DNA of 64,000 nt from Chrysomallon squamiferum (taxonomy: Eukaryota > Animalia > Mollusca): assembly GCA_012295275.1 (NCBI GenBank), contig CM022679.1, forward strand, positions 5,828,001 through 5,892,000, written 5' to 3'. The translations under genes were made by a program, and so were the position numbers. The notes beneath the pieces were generated by a model, which saw only the letters and a list, made by a program, of their open reading frames with translations, was not told the DNA's origin and did not search any database. The first letter of the stretch is position 1; every line of letters starts with the position of its first letter. Positions 63,729-64,000 of the stretch are shown one piece after another.

Positions 63729-64000
63729 GGAAGTGAAACTTGATACATTGACTGTTATTTACATGGTCGTTCATTTTTCAAAAGTAACTAGCCTAGGGGT
63801 CTTGATGTTTTTCAAAAAAATAATAATGTTTTCCCTAATGACATGAAGTTTTGTTACACTGGTTTCATTGGTTTTATACCAAATACTGAAAATTAAATTA
63901 ACTTAAAATGTCATTGTCATTATTCTGATTGTGGTTTTCTTGTGTCACTGATTCTAAAAGTTTTGTAATTTTTCTTCTAGATGAATAGATAGGTCTACAA

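Overview
Eukaryotic, very AT-rich, microsatellite-dense genomic DNA. It looks molluscan/lophotrochozoan, inferred from the repeat content and protein sequences; the taxon is not proven. Three intact protein-coding genes are supported. (1) An inward-rectifier K+ channel (Kir/Irk) with an uninterrupted CDS on + (10122-11525). (2) A five-exon histone variant H2A.Z/H2A.V on - (39745-43048). (3) A two-coding-exon DDIT4/REDD1 (scylla/charybde) family gene on - (51281-52776). Also present: a decayed, internally deleted Tigger/pogo transposon, several SINE remnants, MITE-like and fold-back repeats, minisatellites, and possible decayed LRR exons near the right end. No rRNA, tRNA or CRISPR array was seen. 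Most interesting observations: (a) the DDIT4L-to-H2A.Z tandem adjacency matches the human chr4 DDIT4L-H2AZ1 arrangement as I recall it; (b) the Kir stop codon (TGA-C) sits 7 nt before a splice donor whose candidate next exon continues in frame, suggesting readthrough or a recent nonsense change that would switch a PDZ-binding C-terminus; (c) stop/start-overlapping uORFs in both the Kir and DDIT4 leaders; (d) a dense cluster of miRNA seed matches in the DDIT4 3'UTR. All regulatory and splicing calls are from sequence inspection only.
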